Of a stretch of 64,000 bases of DNA, positions 36,735 to 50,800 are shown piece by piece. Under the pieces are notes generated by a model, which was given only the letters and a program-made list of their open reading frames with translations, was not told the origin of the DNA and ran no database searches. The translations under genes were made by a program, and so were the position numbers. The stretch lies in NCBI GenBank assembly GCA_002633005.1, contig NMRA01000054.1, positions 990,084 through 1,054,083 on the forward strand, written 5' to 3'. Position 1 is the first letter of the stretch; each line of letters begins with the position of its first letter. The stretch is from Phoronis australis. Taxonomy: Eukaryota; Animalia; Phoronida.

Positions 36735-39700
36735 CTACACAGGTTCTTCCGCGGTATTGCTGGTGAGCAGATAGACAACAAGTTCATATGAAGACATGAG
36801 TATGGCTGTGTTGGGAATCTGTCGGACGAGCTGTGTGGAAAGACCTCGGTACAATGCTCTCACGCCCTCTTCTTGAGCAACAGTCCGCAGGGTTTGGAAG
36901 AAAGACTGGTATTTGGTCCCCTCCTCTCGTAGTCGTGTACGTGCCACTTCTGTTAAAATCAGATTAAAGTTTATCAATGAAATGTTTTACTTTGTTAACC
37001 AAATTTTGTATAGAGTGGCCGTAGTGACACTGTTACCTAGCGACACTGTTACCTAGCGACACTGTTACCTAGCGACACACTGTTACCTAGCGACACACTG
37101 TTACCTAGCGACACTGTTACCTAGCGACACTGTTACCTAGCGACACTGTTACCTAGTGACACTGTTACCTAATAAATATCATTCAACTTTCCAAATGCTG
37201 AATAAGCCTAATAATCTACTTAGTAAACAGAAAACTCAACAATTCAGATTACAGATCAAAAGCAATTTTTTAAAATTATAAGTAACAGGTTAGAATATGA
37301 ACTTTTATCTCACAAGCATACATGGTTCTACTTGAACAGATTGAAAATCGTCTGAAGCTGCTACAAACATCCAAATTTTGATCACGACCACTTGCTGCTA
37401 TAAAAATGGTCTAAATCTGCTCTAATTTCAAAGCTTGGGAAGAACTGACAGTGTGTTATTGTTTCATACTAGGACCAATAAGTTGGTGTGACAGGCAAAG
37501 TAATTCCATGCACACTAAAAGCAATATGTACTAAAAGTAATATGACAGGCCAAAGAGGCTGGTTCAGAGACCAAACATGTAATGGAACAGCAGTCAGTGT
37601 ACTGGCTAAAATGCTTTCAACGCATAAAATGACTAGGTGCTTCAAGCCGACTTCTTATGCCCACTTTCATCCCAAACTTAGCAATCAGGTCTGATCTCAT
37701 TAACGCACAAGTTGAGACCCAGATTTATACTGATAATAGTTTGTATCAAAAGTTGGGTTGACGACAACCTTTGAACAATACCCTAACATTCAGCGAGTCT
37801 TAATTTTTCAACAATTCTGATAATGCTTCACAAATGTATTCATCATCTTTGTTTTGCTATCTTGAACTTTCCCTAATTGTTTTTGGTATCTACCACTAAC
37901 CAGGATGTCGCACAAGGTCAGTGTAACTGTACAAAGCGTGAGAAAAGTTGAATCCTTTTCGGTTTCCTCTGACATTTAAGTGAAAAAGACATCTAAGACT
38001 GCTGAAAATTTTTTACCTACCATTGCGTCACAGACGTTTCGCAAGAGGAAATGTCAAAAGAGAATATTGCTGCTTAATAGCTAAATTATACATGGTGACA
38101 CATTTCTATGTAATCCGAATTTACTCAGTTAAATGTCATTTTACATCCTGCATTATATTACGTAGATGACACTTGATTGGCAGTCTTATATAAGTACATT
38201 TGACATTCGTATGAAATTTCAAAAACCAAAATACATCATTCCATAAATAAATAAAGAGTTGCATGACAAAGTAAATCCATCACGCGTAAAATAAATGATC
38301 TAGGCATACCAGGTATCAGAACATTCAATAACAGTTTCGGCACTCGCTCACATGATTGGAAAGGTGTGTGAGAGGGTAATTTTATGGCATGAGGGGAAAT
38401 CACCATAGGTCGCTACCCTTTCGAAGGATTGTGCGAGTTAAAAAGAGATTCTAAATTTGAGAGGCATTTTTCAGTCATTCGACGGGAATTTTTGGGTCTG
38501 ATCAGGGTAATTTTGCACAATTTCAAAATGCTTTTTCAAAGAGGAATGGAGCCGACATTTAGCCCCAAAATCAAGGCACAGAGGGCTCTGATATTTAAAA
38601 ACATGCCAAATCTATTTTAATATTGCCTGCATCACCACCAACTCTTCTAACAACCACAGGGTATATAGTAGCAATACATTGAATAAACTTTCAGACTACT
38701 CAAGCAACACCCAATAACAACATCCCAAAATACCACAGCCCTACTCTGATTCTGTGCTTGCCTATCACTGGTTTACATCACAATTAGTTCATCATTCTAA
38801 TTTAGTTTTACTGTTGCAATGCTGGTACACAAAAATTGACTAGCTTAAAGATGCATGATAATCCTCCCAACTCAGCTCAGATGCGTGTCATTACCCTAGA
38901 CTTACGAAAAACAGATCAATAAGTACTACAACTTATTTTTCTACCTCTTTGAAAGTTGAATTCAGGATACCGCCATTCAATATATGTGGCAAGGGGGCAT
39001 CTGACACTCACTGGGCAAAGTTCCAGTAATATTTGAAGACGAATACTCAAGGAAAGTATTTCTGATAATAATGCAATCGACTCACCGTGAGGATAGGCAA
39101 CAATAGACGCACATGTCTTGGACACGGCAGCTGCAAACATGAGATGGAAAAAGTCTAGTGCCTTTCTGTCGGATGACTCATCATAACTCCAATGTAAAAG
39201 CCGTGCTTTGATCGCCTCATATATCACAAAATGTATGATTGTCTCACAGATTCCAAAGTATGAGGCTGAAATTCCCTTGTAAAAACCTAAATATCCACTT
39301 TTGCGGTAGATTTGCTGGACGCATTCTCTAATGGTCAGTGAATGATTCCGTCTGAAATGAACAATGCAACATTAATGCAATTGCCGCAACATGGAGTTGT
39401 GCAGTTACGGAGGATTTGAAAAGCTCAGGAACATGTTACACAGTACAAGCCATATTCAGAAACCATGACCCGGAATTCCCTGTCACGACAACACGGCTAA
39501 GCAATCTTCTCTCGTGACCGAGAATAAAGGGCAAATAACAGGAAAGTAAATATAAGGTGGCTAAGCCATTCTGTAATTAAGAATTTTGTTGGTAGTTATT
39601 CTATACTTGTCTTGGACTGCATCTATGAATTCTTGAAATTAAGTCTGAATGCCAAGGATCTCGCAAAAGTATCACACATTACCTAAAGAATCTTTAGTAA

Positions 39701-42700
39701 TTAATGTGAATACCATGTAGAGTCTTACAAAGAAGTGATGGTGAAGTACTATTTTGATTCCTCAAGTTTTCCACGGAGAGAGAAAAAGCGCACTACTTTG
39801 TTGTCAAAAGACAAGATATAGTTTGTCACTTGCTTCCTTGGCAAAGTGCTCTACTGTCAACAAAGCTTCAAAGTCTTAACAGTGTGTTGTTTACAATGCT
39901 GCTGCACCACATAAATTTTTATGCCCTTCAGTATGTGGACCAAAGTGATGCAGCCAGCAGTCACATGATATCAATAACAAACATCAATCATTTTGTTCTA
40001 GACTGATACTTGTGCAGCCTACAAACACGTGAATATCAGGAAGACTGTACTATTGCAGTTCAATTATTAACCACAGACAGATCACACAGAATACAAAATC
40101 AAGCCACCAGGTCAGCAACACTGACCATGCTGTACTGGTGACTCTTGCCTGCCATCTGACAGTTGAGTGACATTGGAGGTCAGTTTAGACAAGAGGTGCA
40201 GCTGGTGGTTTAAATGAACAAGTGCCTTACAAGGACTAATGCACTTTGCAATCATCAGTAAACTGCGGGTTGACTGATGTCACAAGAAACAGAATAAGGC
40301 CAACATAATCATTTTCAACATGATGATCGCCCAGTTCATAGGTACAAATAATTCATTAAAATATATTTACATAACATCAAGCAGAGTACGAGCAAAGACG
40401 AGTACAACACCCCTATCCTCACTAACATCCACTTGTCCCGACATGAAAAGGAACACCATGGCCAAAACCACCCAAACGATCAACAACAAACCACAAGACC
40501 TGTATGACTGATTAGAAACCAGGTGTAACCATTGTTTATTCCTGCCTGAACCAGCTTGATCCAGTTCAACAACTGTAAATTATTAACACTCCCTAACACT
40601 TCTCATCCTCAAAACTATGTTATTGTATTTGTACTTTCTCATAATAAACACTTAAATAAAACCATGTAAGGGTATGTGATACTGGTCACAATTCTTTTCA
40701 CTGGTGACAAGCCAATCCCCATTGCCTAGGGAAATTATTATGCAAGTGCACAATTTCCACTCCATTCTATAATGACCCCAAACTGCATGAAAACAAACAG
40801 TAAGAAGTAGGTCACGAGAAGGTCGAAGGGTCAATTACTTACTTCTGATCTAACTGTAATCTTGTTTTCACAAACCAAATTGGATTTGTGAGAGTGGATG
40901 TAGCAAAACCTGTAAAAAAATTGCGAAGTTACTGTACAAGTGAAAAATATTAACCTGACACAGAATAGTGCAATCAGTCGGTACAAATAAACCAATAACA
41001 GATACTGGTGAGCATGAAAGCTGCTGCAGCCAAGGAAAATTAAAGTCATTAATGCTTTTATTAAATATGGTGAATTACAAACCACCAGCTAAACATTCCA
41101 GTCCAGACAATGGCTAGACCCAGAACAAAATTTATGTGTATTGCAATGTGTATCTGGTGTTATGTAATGTTTTGAATAAAAGGTAACAGATTTCCAGGAA
41201 AATAATCTTAAGGTTAATCTAAAAGATAAATTTCACTGAGACCTTACAAGATTTTCAAAACATGATGAACATCAGGCTCACAGCTCTAATCTCAATAGAA
41301 CTCTACTTCTGTGTGAACTGAGATCAGTGCCAATTATTAGGACTTCGCTAGGTGAAGTATAACATGGCTTATAGATGCCTTTTTTTGTTTCGCTGACTAA
41401 AAAACGAAAACCGAACTAGGCCTATTACTCTCACAAAATCAATGTAATAAGATTCAAATACCTAAAATTGTAAATTCAAAAAATGATTTGGGTAAATCAT
41501 AATATACTCGAGCAAACAAAAGACATTCATTTTCGATTGCAATAAGGCAGAATGGAAACTAAATAATTTCGAGTTTGTGCGCGAAGACAAGATCCCTGGT
41601 CCGGAACTGTCCTTAATACAATCCTTTGTCTCAAACAGACCTAATCAGGAAACAGTCCTGCTTCATACTTACCCGCGCAGAATGCAGAACACAGATGAAC
41701 GAAAGGAGACTCTGAATGAAAGTGAGGATTGTTGTTTAATGTTCTCTTTGCTTTGGCATATGCGGCGAAATATATTGCCCTAAAAATAAAAAGAAATAGA
41801 TCACCATTGGACAATCAACAACAGTTGCAGTCACATTACTAGTTGCAGATCCCGGGTCTAGCTCACTGAGATTGACCTGCTGAGGTACCCAGGGAAATCT
41901 ACAAATTCGACCTAAAAATAAAAAGAAATAGATCACCATTGGACAATCAACAACAGTTGCAGTCACATTACTAGTTGCAGATCCCGGGTCTAGCTCACTG
42001 AGATTGACATGCTGAGGTACCCAGGGAAATCTACAAATTCGATTGATGTTTACAACAGACGGGTATGTAGGACCCTAGAAAATTGCTCAAATTTAGCTAG
42101 CTTCCAAACATCATGTCTGAGAATTGGCCGTTCAGATAAATATGAAACTTTCAGCAGCTATGTTGTATGCACTGTTCTCCCAAATCCTGTTAGGATTGTT
42201 TTCAGACTGCTTCACTTTTGCACGAGGGGCCAGAAAAAATAGGACTTTTATTTTCTTTTAAAAACTCAAAAGCTTAACAAAGTGAAAACACATTTTGATA
42301 ACAGCATTTTTTGAGATTTCATCTTGGTCATTTATATCAAACGAAATTTGGCCATGTTATCAGTACCTTTGTTTTGCTATATGAATGTACTTTTCTTTTT
42401 TCCTTTACAATAATAAATATACTATGGTCACCTGACCTAATTTAAGGCAGATTGGTATGTTTTTACATTGAGAAAATGTATACTTTTACTTAGTTAAAAT
42501 CAACACTTGTGTAGATCTTTGACTAAATAAACATACTTGTTGATAAGGTTCAGCATAACTTCAAAATAAAAGAGCAAAAGTTGATAACTAATCTCCAAAA
42601 ACATACAAAACGAAGCTCCAGAGATTCATAACACCAATACGGTGGCTTGATATGTCTCTAAAGTTCTGCACACTTATTGTTTTCCAGGAAAACAGTACAA

Positions 42701-45700
42701 GGGGACATGCACTGTAAAACTATATGTAGGTGATCTACATTTGACACAAGGGTCATGCTGAGCACACAGCAGGCCAACAGCTGAGTAATGCTGTCAACAA
42801 ACCACTGTTCTATTACAGAATGGTTTCAGACTAGGCACTGCAGTAATATCCATGATGAATATTATCTTGCCATCTAGAAGGATTTACCAAAGTTTGTCAC
42901 TGAATATGACCATTGTGAAGTCAAAATTCTTATTCTTACTCCCACCAACATTAAAACAAGTCAACAATCAAAAGGCCTGCGATATTTGTCCCAGTTATGT
43001 GCGCCTATGTGTTAGTGATAGGTAATTTATAGTACGTTCCATGGAGGAGACAACAGTCACGTTTAAAATAATTTATGCCTTACATATGACCGTAACAATA
43101 TAATTTAAGAAGTAGAACTGTTTATTCTTGAGCTAGTATAGAATTAGAAATGTTAAATAAATCACCAAACCAGGCATGTGCTAGACAAAGTGGATGAGTG
43201 CCAAAACTTTCAAAATAGCTCAGAATTTCATATGCACTTTAAGAGATATTAATAAACACAGCTTTGTAAACAAGTGAATAGGCTGAAGCTTGTTTACACC
43301 ACTGCATGCAGACAACAGATGTACTGTGTGTTCTTCAATGACTTTTTACCTAGTGCAAACGATTTTCCACGTGTACCAATTGGCTTAAAATCAATGTGAT
43401 TTTAGTCTAACAAGCTAGAGACTTTGAGGTCATCTGCATTATTTTTAAAAATAACATACAGAATTAGTTCATCGTAGGTATCCTAGCAACTTATTCCCAA
43501 GAAGCATTGTTTATCATTTTATCAGGATAACTACTAGTACTGCACAGAGGTTTTTATTGAAAGACCTGGTCACCAGCATCCCCATCACAGCCCAATCTTA
43601 TCTGCTCTTTGACTCAAGACAGCTGCCTGACAACAAGCCATATCACAGGAACCTCTCCTGGATGACCTATTTAGGGCACTGAGAACTTTTGAGGTCAACA
43701 ATGCAGCATCTTGTTTATCAGCACAACAAAATGTTACAGAGCGAATTATACAAAGTAACTAAATTTATGGCAGTACAGTCTTTGATGGAGATGATGGATA
43801 CCCACCAGTGTTACAAGCCATCCATGATGAAAAGTTTAATGCATAGAACTATACAAAAAGAAAAACACAGTTATCATACCCTTAAACTGTATCAGGCTAT
43901 ACAAACAACATAGGTCACGAATGCCTCACAAGGCCATGTAAATAGAGAATCATGTAAATAGAGAATCCTACACTAGGGTCTCAGGTTTATGGCATGGGCA
44001 AAACCTCTTGGAATTTTTTTCCAAGAGGTTTTGCCCATGTCATAAACCTGTGTCAAATGTAGGATTTGTTTTCTCAAAAACCGTGAAAATGATTTTTTTT
44101 GCTGAAAAACTCAACGTGTCTAAAACTTTCAACTACATAATGCAACTTTTGTAAAAACACGCTTGCGCACAATAAAGTGAACTCAGTTACTTTTTGTTAG
44201 TAGTTTTATTTTAAACTTAACAATTGTAAATTGCATTCAGCTTTCGTAACAAATGTTCAAGTTACTGTAGAGTCTTTGAAGTTGTAATATTAAAACTTAA
44301 CAAATGTTGATAAATATCAGTCAGCAGGGCCTCTCCGTGTGTGAGCACTGAATTGACCTTGAGACAGCACAGCTAAACAGTCTCACTGCATTTCTTGAGT
44401 AGGAATTCGTCTCCGTTTGAATGAACGAGGATATGGAATACGCCGCCCAAGATGGGAGTACGTCCAGTTCCTACACCCCATTTGTCAATCATAACCTTGC
44501 CATTTTCACGGGATTACGGCATTGTTTGGTTGGCGCGCGTTTGGTTGTTGGTGTTAGTGCTTTGCAGACGATAGAATGTAAGGCGAATGGATTTCTACTT
44601 TGCACTACTTTTTGATTCGCCCATGTAATGTCAAAAAAATTACGTACACGTTGTTATTTACCAGTCATGTCGTAACACATTCCAGGTCATATGAGAAACT
44701 CATTTCTCAAATCTGCAAACTCGTGCCGTACATAACACAGCTTACGTACCCAAAAAGCACGGCTCACTAACTCGCATCCATTTACAGATAAATGAGCAAC
44801 AAGAGACTGTGGATCAAGTTCACAGGTGCCAGAGCTGTGTTTGCATTCCATGAGCTATGCCTTGTTAGTGGATTGTGAATTCACGAGATGTACTCTTTGG
44901 GTACGTAAGCCATGTTTTGTGAGTGCGGGCGCGAGTTTGTGAATCAGCAAACTAAACATTCAGGACCGCGAGACGTGTTACAAGTGAAGATCTATGCTCA
45001 TATGCATCAGCCATATTATTCAAGTCGTCTGAAAATTCTTCAATTCTGGGAAAAATAATTGCAAAATTTCTATTTTTTAGAGGCTTAACAAATTTGTGCA
45101 AATGCTCAAATGTTTACCAAATATTGTTCCATAGTAGTTATGCCTTACAAACATTGTCAAAAGAAAAGCAAATTTTCTTGAAATGATATTTTGGTTGAAA
45201 ATTTTGACAAAAGGAATTTTCACCTGCCCACAGTATTGTGTCACAAACTGTAGAGTAAATAATACATCCAAATCAACAATTCTAGCTATAAATCGACCGA
45301 TGATCGTTTTGCAACAGACGCGTTCAAGTAGTTAGTCATTCTTTCTGAGGGTGGTACTGTTCTTTTTAGTTTTGAGAAACAAAAAATATGCTGGGCAGCA
45401 AGTTATGGGTAAAACACTGCTGCAGCACAATCCAGCGCAAAAAGTAAGACGATTCCTGCACCACTTTGTTACAGAAAAACGGAGTTCGATAATAAACAAA
45501 ATGAAATAAAAAAATGTTTGCTATTAAAACACATTTTTCTGTTTTTGAAAATGGAAAACCAGGGTCTCTTCAGGGTTCATCGTAGCCGCAGTTGAGCACC
45601 ACTGTGTTGGACAAGATGAACAAGTGATGGCTGTACTGTCTACATCAGCGCAAGTTCTCATACTGATTTTGGTCTTTTTAAAGTCACATACAACACCAAC

Positions 45701-47825
45701 TTCAAAAACTTTCTCTCCGTCTTATCAACAGTTTTCCCAAGTTTACTCGGTAACATTGAGAACATTGGTTTCTTCTGTGACTAGATCTGCCTTCACAAAC
45801 TAAAGAACAAAATTGAAGTTCATCACTTTAGCTTCACCCAATTATCCCTGTCTGATGCTTAAGTGCACTTGACTGGCAGATACCAAATGGGTTGGCACTG
45901 ATTACCAAAATTGCAAAATGTGTGTGCACAATGTTCTCCACACCCTGTTTTAATGTGTCGTATTGACCTATTCGCAGGCACTTGCGAGAACTCTGTAAAT
46001 ATATAGCTTGCCATAACATGCAAAAAAATGTAAATCAAAATGTAAATCACAACTTCTGGAACTCATTGAACTGACTGAGGACGTTATGATTCACGATTTT
46101 TTCCCACCTAGTTATACACCTGCATGAATGATAATGTCTATCATCTCTTCGCATAATATACCGTAATGTGCAAAATATTGCATAAATGGTATGCGTTCTG
46201 TTCACTGACTTACCTCGAAGGTGCAACTCCCACCAAATTGGGACCGAGACCTTTAAATAAACCCTTAGCACCTTCATTAGCGACAATTACCCTGAAAGGA
46301 ATACATTGCAATTTATTGTGGTGCAAGAAATGAAACGTAACTAGAGAAACAAATATGTGGTGGATGATAAAGGAAGTCAGTGTGAGAAATAAGTAAACTG
46401 AAAAAAACCCAGAAGCAAAACCATCAATGCATTAAGTCTAAAGCCCCATTTATATGCAGTACCTTTACGTCCATACGTGAAGTATACACCATATGCAAAT
46501 CTAAATGCAGGTGTAAACGAAAATTTACATCGCGCTCGTATGTAAGAAAAGAAAGGCAATATTTGCGCTCACTTCTTTATGCATTTCACAGCAAAGTCGA
46601 CACAAGAAACTTTGATATTAAGAAGAAGAGGTAGCTTTGAGGTTCAGTTATCTATCCCTACAGGATTGCTTTTGAAATGCTAACAGTAAGTATGGATAAA
46701 GATCGAGGGATTGGTGGCAAAAAAAATTCAAAAATGAAAATTTGAAAGACGAAGGATGATTTGAAAATTGTGAAATGGCAGATTTCCTTCTATAGGCTTA
46801 CTCATTTTGCCAAGCACTCCTTGAACGCATTACAAACGCGTGAGACTGTTAGGTATGTTAGGAGGCAGTTTTGAGTTTTATCAGAGTTCTAGTTGGTCGC
46901 TGATGATGAGCAGACGTGTATCATGATTTGTCTGAACACTGAGGCTGGACTTTATGTTTTCTTCATGCTTTCTATGTAATGAACATGATTAGTTTATGTG
47001 GTGAGAATTTGCTAAGTTGCGGAGAGCAGCGTATTGTCAGTGTATGGAACTTGACTGTATTATTTTGGTGGACTTATGGAGTCAATGGAACACGTGAGGA
47101 CGCCTTGGTGATGAAGACTGAAGATGCCACAAGTTTCAAGTTTTAGACAGTTGGTGATGATGCTTGACTCTGTCTTCGTCCCAAGTTTCGTGTAACTTGT
47201 TATCATGTTTGTAAATATGTAAATAGATATTACTTTTGATCAGGGTAACTGAAAAGTGTTTATTTACGTTTATATTTCCGTAACAGAGACACTGAATCCA
47301 GGTTGGAGCCAAGTCATACTGAATGCGTACAGGCTTTGGTAGACCCACTGTTGGTAACCTGGCGCAGTTATGAAAGCAAGTACTTTCTTGTTCTCAGTGT
47401 ATGAGTGAAATTAGGATTCATATCTGATTACTTGATACGGTTGATAGGTCATGCTGCTCAAAATTTCCACAAGGCCCTCACCTGATAAATTTGGGATATC
47501 CCACTCACGTCCAAAATAATTTTTCCTGCTTTTGTTTCAACAACATGGTTCAGGTATTCCAGTATTTTTTGGTGTGTGACCACTGATACTTAACATATCA
47601 TTAGTCATGTGAACACAAGATGGGTTGGCCGGGTCGTGTTCTTGACTTGCTAGCTTTTGGAAATTCAGAGTTAAAAGTGAACAACAAACTTTTGCAAAGT
47701 GAACCGAAAAACTGATTTGTCTTGACGAAGTTATATGTATGCCGATTGTACCTCTTACGGATGGTGTATATCCAGGGAAAGCATAGCATATATATATAAG
47801 CCATGAAAGTTTCAACTAGCAGCAG

Positions 47826-47887
<62 letters not shown>

Positions 47888-50800
47888 GCAGCAGGGGCAG
47901 GGGCAGCAGCAGCAGCAGCAGCATTTCACTAAAAGACCATGCCTAATCACAAATGACAACAGAGGATCTTTTGGACATTTAAGGGCAAGTGACATTGCAA
48001 TGAGAAGAGATGAAATTGTAGAAATAATTTTGTAATGGCACTTTCAGCAGAGTGATCTTGCTTTTACACCCATGCATGAATTTAAATTGCGTTCACGTGC
48101 ATCATTTGTATAGTTGCACTAAGTGTAAACTTACACTTACACAACCAAAAGTTTAAATGTAAGTGTAACCTCTATAATTACACACCCGAGTGTGTAGCTT
48201 CACATCATGGGTGTATTTGCATTTACATGGCCAAAATACATAGCGTACATAAATATGCTCTCAGGTGTAAACACCATCATGTAAACGGGGCTTAAATAAC
48301 TTAAAGCGGCCGTAAATCAACCTTCCATTACACAAAAAAAACTTTGATCAAGATCACTTGCTAGTACCCTTATAAAATTGGTCTCAAAATTTTCCTTAGT
48401 TTTCCATATGTGATTTCTGGGCTTGGATAGGACTGACAGTTCATTATTGCTTGAGACCAAGTACTATACGAGGTCTTGGCATGGTATTGTCATGGCCTTG
48501 ACGATAACAAACTGTCAGTTCTTTCCAAGACCAAAAATACTACTAATCTGAGTGAAGCATCAGTTGAGACCAATTTTAGAGCAGAAAGTGGATTGGTCTA
48601 CATCAAAGTTTCTTTGACGGAATACCGGTTCAGCGCGGATTCACAACTTAAAATACCAGCAAAGTACAAAATGCTCATTGGCAATTTCAGCCTGTCTACC
48701 AGATATACACCAGATATACTCAGGTGTTTTGTGCAATGGGCCCAACCATGAGGCCTGCGCACGTCTGATGCACCGCAAATGACATCAGACCACCTGCAGT
48801 GTTTTTTTAGATATACACAATAAGTTCCCCAAAAGTAGTGCTTTTTAGATTTACACAATAAGTTCCCCAAAAGTTTGCATGGTCAATACTGCATTACATA
48901 ATTCACTGTTTACTTCCTTTGGCCTATATTTCAATAAAAGTTAACAAGGCAACAATTGACCTATCACCAGCATTTTGAGTGATGGTTTAAGTGACCAATC
49001 AGAACGCCGCATTCTTGACACACCTTAGTTTCCAAGCTGCCATTTTACCCGTCAAACAACACGATGCTGGATAAAACTTTTTTGTCGACATTTCGCAAGG
49101 AGGCAGAGCTTGCGATAGGTCAATTGATGCAAGGACCACCAATATTTAAGCTTGCGGCAGAGGCAAAGCCAATCTAAACAGCCTAACAGATTTTTCACAG
49201 TTCAGAAAACATCTAATTGAAGAAGCAGACAGTGTGCACTACTCCATACATTTTCACTTACTTTTACTTTCAGAAGAAATATATTTAAAGCTCCAATTAG
49301 CCACGCACCGAGTGCTAATGCTAAGATTAAGACTGCAACAGTTGTGAGGGGTCAGTGATTTTTTAACTATAAATATTACAAGGCAGTCGTCAACAGCAAT
49401 TTCCCCTACTAAAGGCTCTATAGAGTTGAGCACAAAAAATATTTTCCCAATCCCCACTTACAAGCATGAAAATCAAGAAGGACCCAAAATTCATGAAATT
49501 ACGGTCAATTGTTGACAACATGTGCTACAGCAGTTCGTGCACAGCTCCCTGCCCCTTTGTTGAGCAGATGTATACAGGACACACAAGTTGGCATTGAAAA
49601 CTGAAGTTGCACAACCTACCACATGGCATCTTGGATATATACAATGTTCATTGTATAATCAACTTACCTTAAACAATGAACAATTCCATTGGTTTTTCTG
49701 TGAACCTGAGTATTTGTAATTGACGGTGTGAAAGGCGTCCGTGACTGAGAGACCGTTGTCGTACAAGATGATGATGATGTGCAAGTGCTCATGGCTGCCA
49801 CCTGTGTTACCGGAACAATTGATGGAACATGGACTGGTCGGAAAGTGGCAACAGATGACTGTAGCCGTGTCTTGACGACCTCCAGGGGGCAAGTCAGGAT
49901 TGCCCCTGCAGTGCCACCAACCCTGCAACAAAGAAACAGAGAACCTTGGCTAGACCAACTGCAAAGGATTTCGGCACCTTCTGTGATAAACCAGCAATTG
50001 GCGTTATCCATCCGTGACTCGTCGGATACTTCCGTGCTTGACCTTTAACAGACGCACTAGATCCGTTTACAATAGTTAGGGTGCGTTGGGCTTTTGGGAA
50101 GATTTTTGTGTTTTGATCGCGAATTTGTTGCGAACTCGCTGGAGCAGGACGTTGTAAATGCTATCAGGACTCACGAGAAAGAACAATTGTTCATGATTTG
50201 TTGAATCCATTTTTTGTGAATTTATTGAGATTTGTGTTTGATATGGATGGCTTATGTGAAGCACACATGGAATTCCTAGTCCCATGTGTCATAACTTGAA
50301 GTATTATTTATAGTGTACAGTGTTCACCCGAGGCTGCATTTTTGCATCGTTTGATGCAACCAAACTGTAAATGACACAAATTGACTCACTGAGTGCATCC
50401 TCTCGGACGCAACTTTTTGTTCAAATGTTGAGATAAACAAATCTAAAAACAAATGAAAATTATGTGGTTCTTTTCTTCGATTTCCATACCGTACCTTCCA
50501 TTCATAACAGCACCGCTAGATTGCTTCATTTTCCGAAGCCAAAGGCACAGCACCGTTGCAACGCAAGTTGGTCATCACAATTTAGGTCACATTATCTTGT
50601 TACAATTGGTGCGATAGTGGATAGCATAGGCGGATTTAGGGGGGAGGGCCCCCCTGGCTGCCGCAAAAAAATAAAACAGCAAGAGTGTAGGGAAATGTTG
50701 AGTTTATTAATTAACCCCGGTAATTAACATTATACGGCGGAAACAAGATTTAAATGTGTGCAGTGTGTTTGGGGGGGGGGGGCTCAGATCCAATTTCAAG

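Noticed and set aside
37022-37171. Short repeat array resembling CRISPR
   Set aside because: No unique spacers, eukaryotic context; simple minisatellite.
46800-47800. Possible decayed retroelement ORF in SLC25A36 intron 2
   Set aside because: No identifiable RT or endonuclease motif.
47601-47924. Poly-Leu ORF (or poly-Gln on the + strand)
   Set aside because: Translation of an intronic CAG microsatellite; no splice or homology support.
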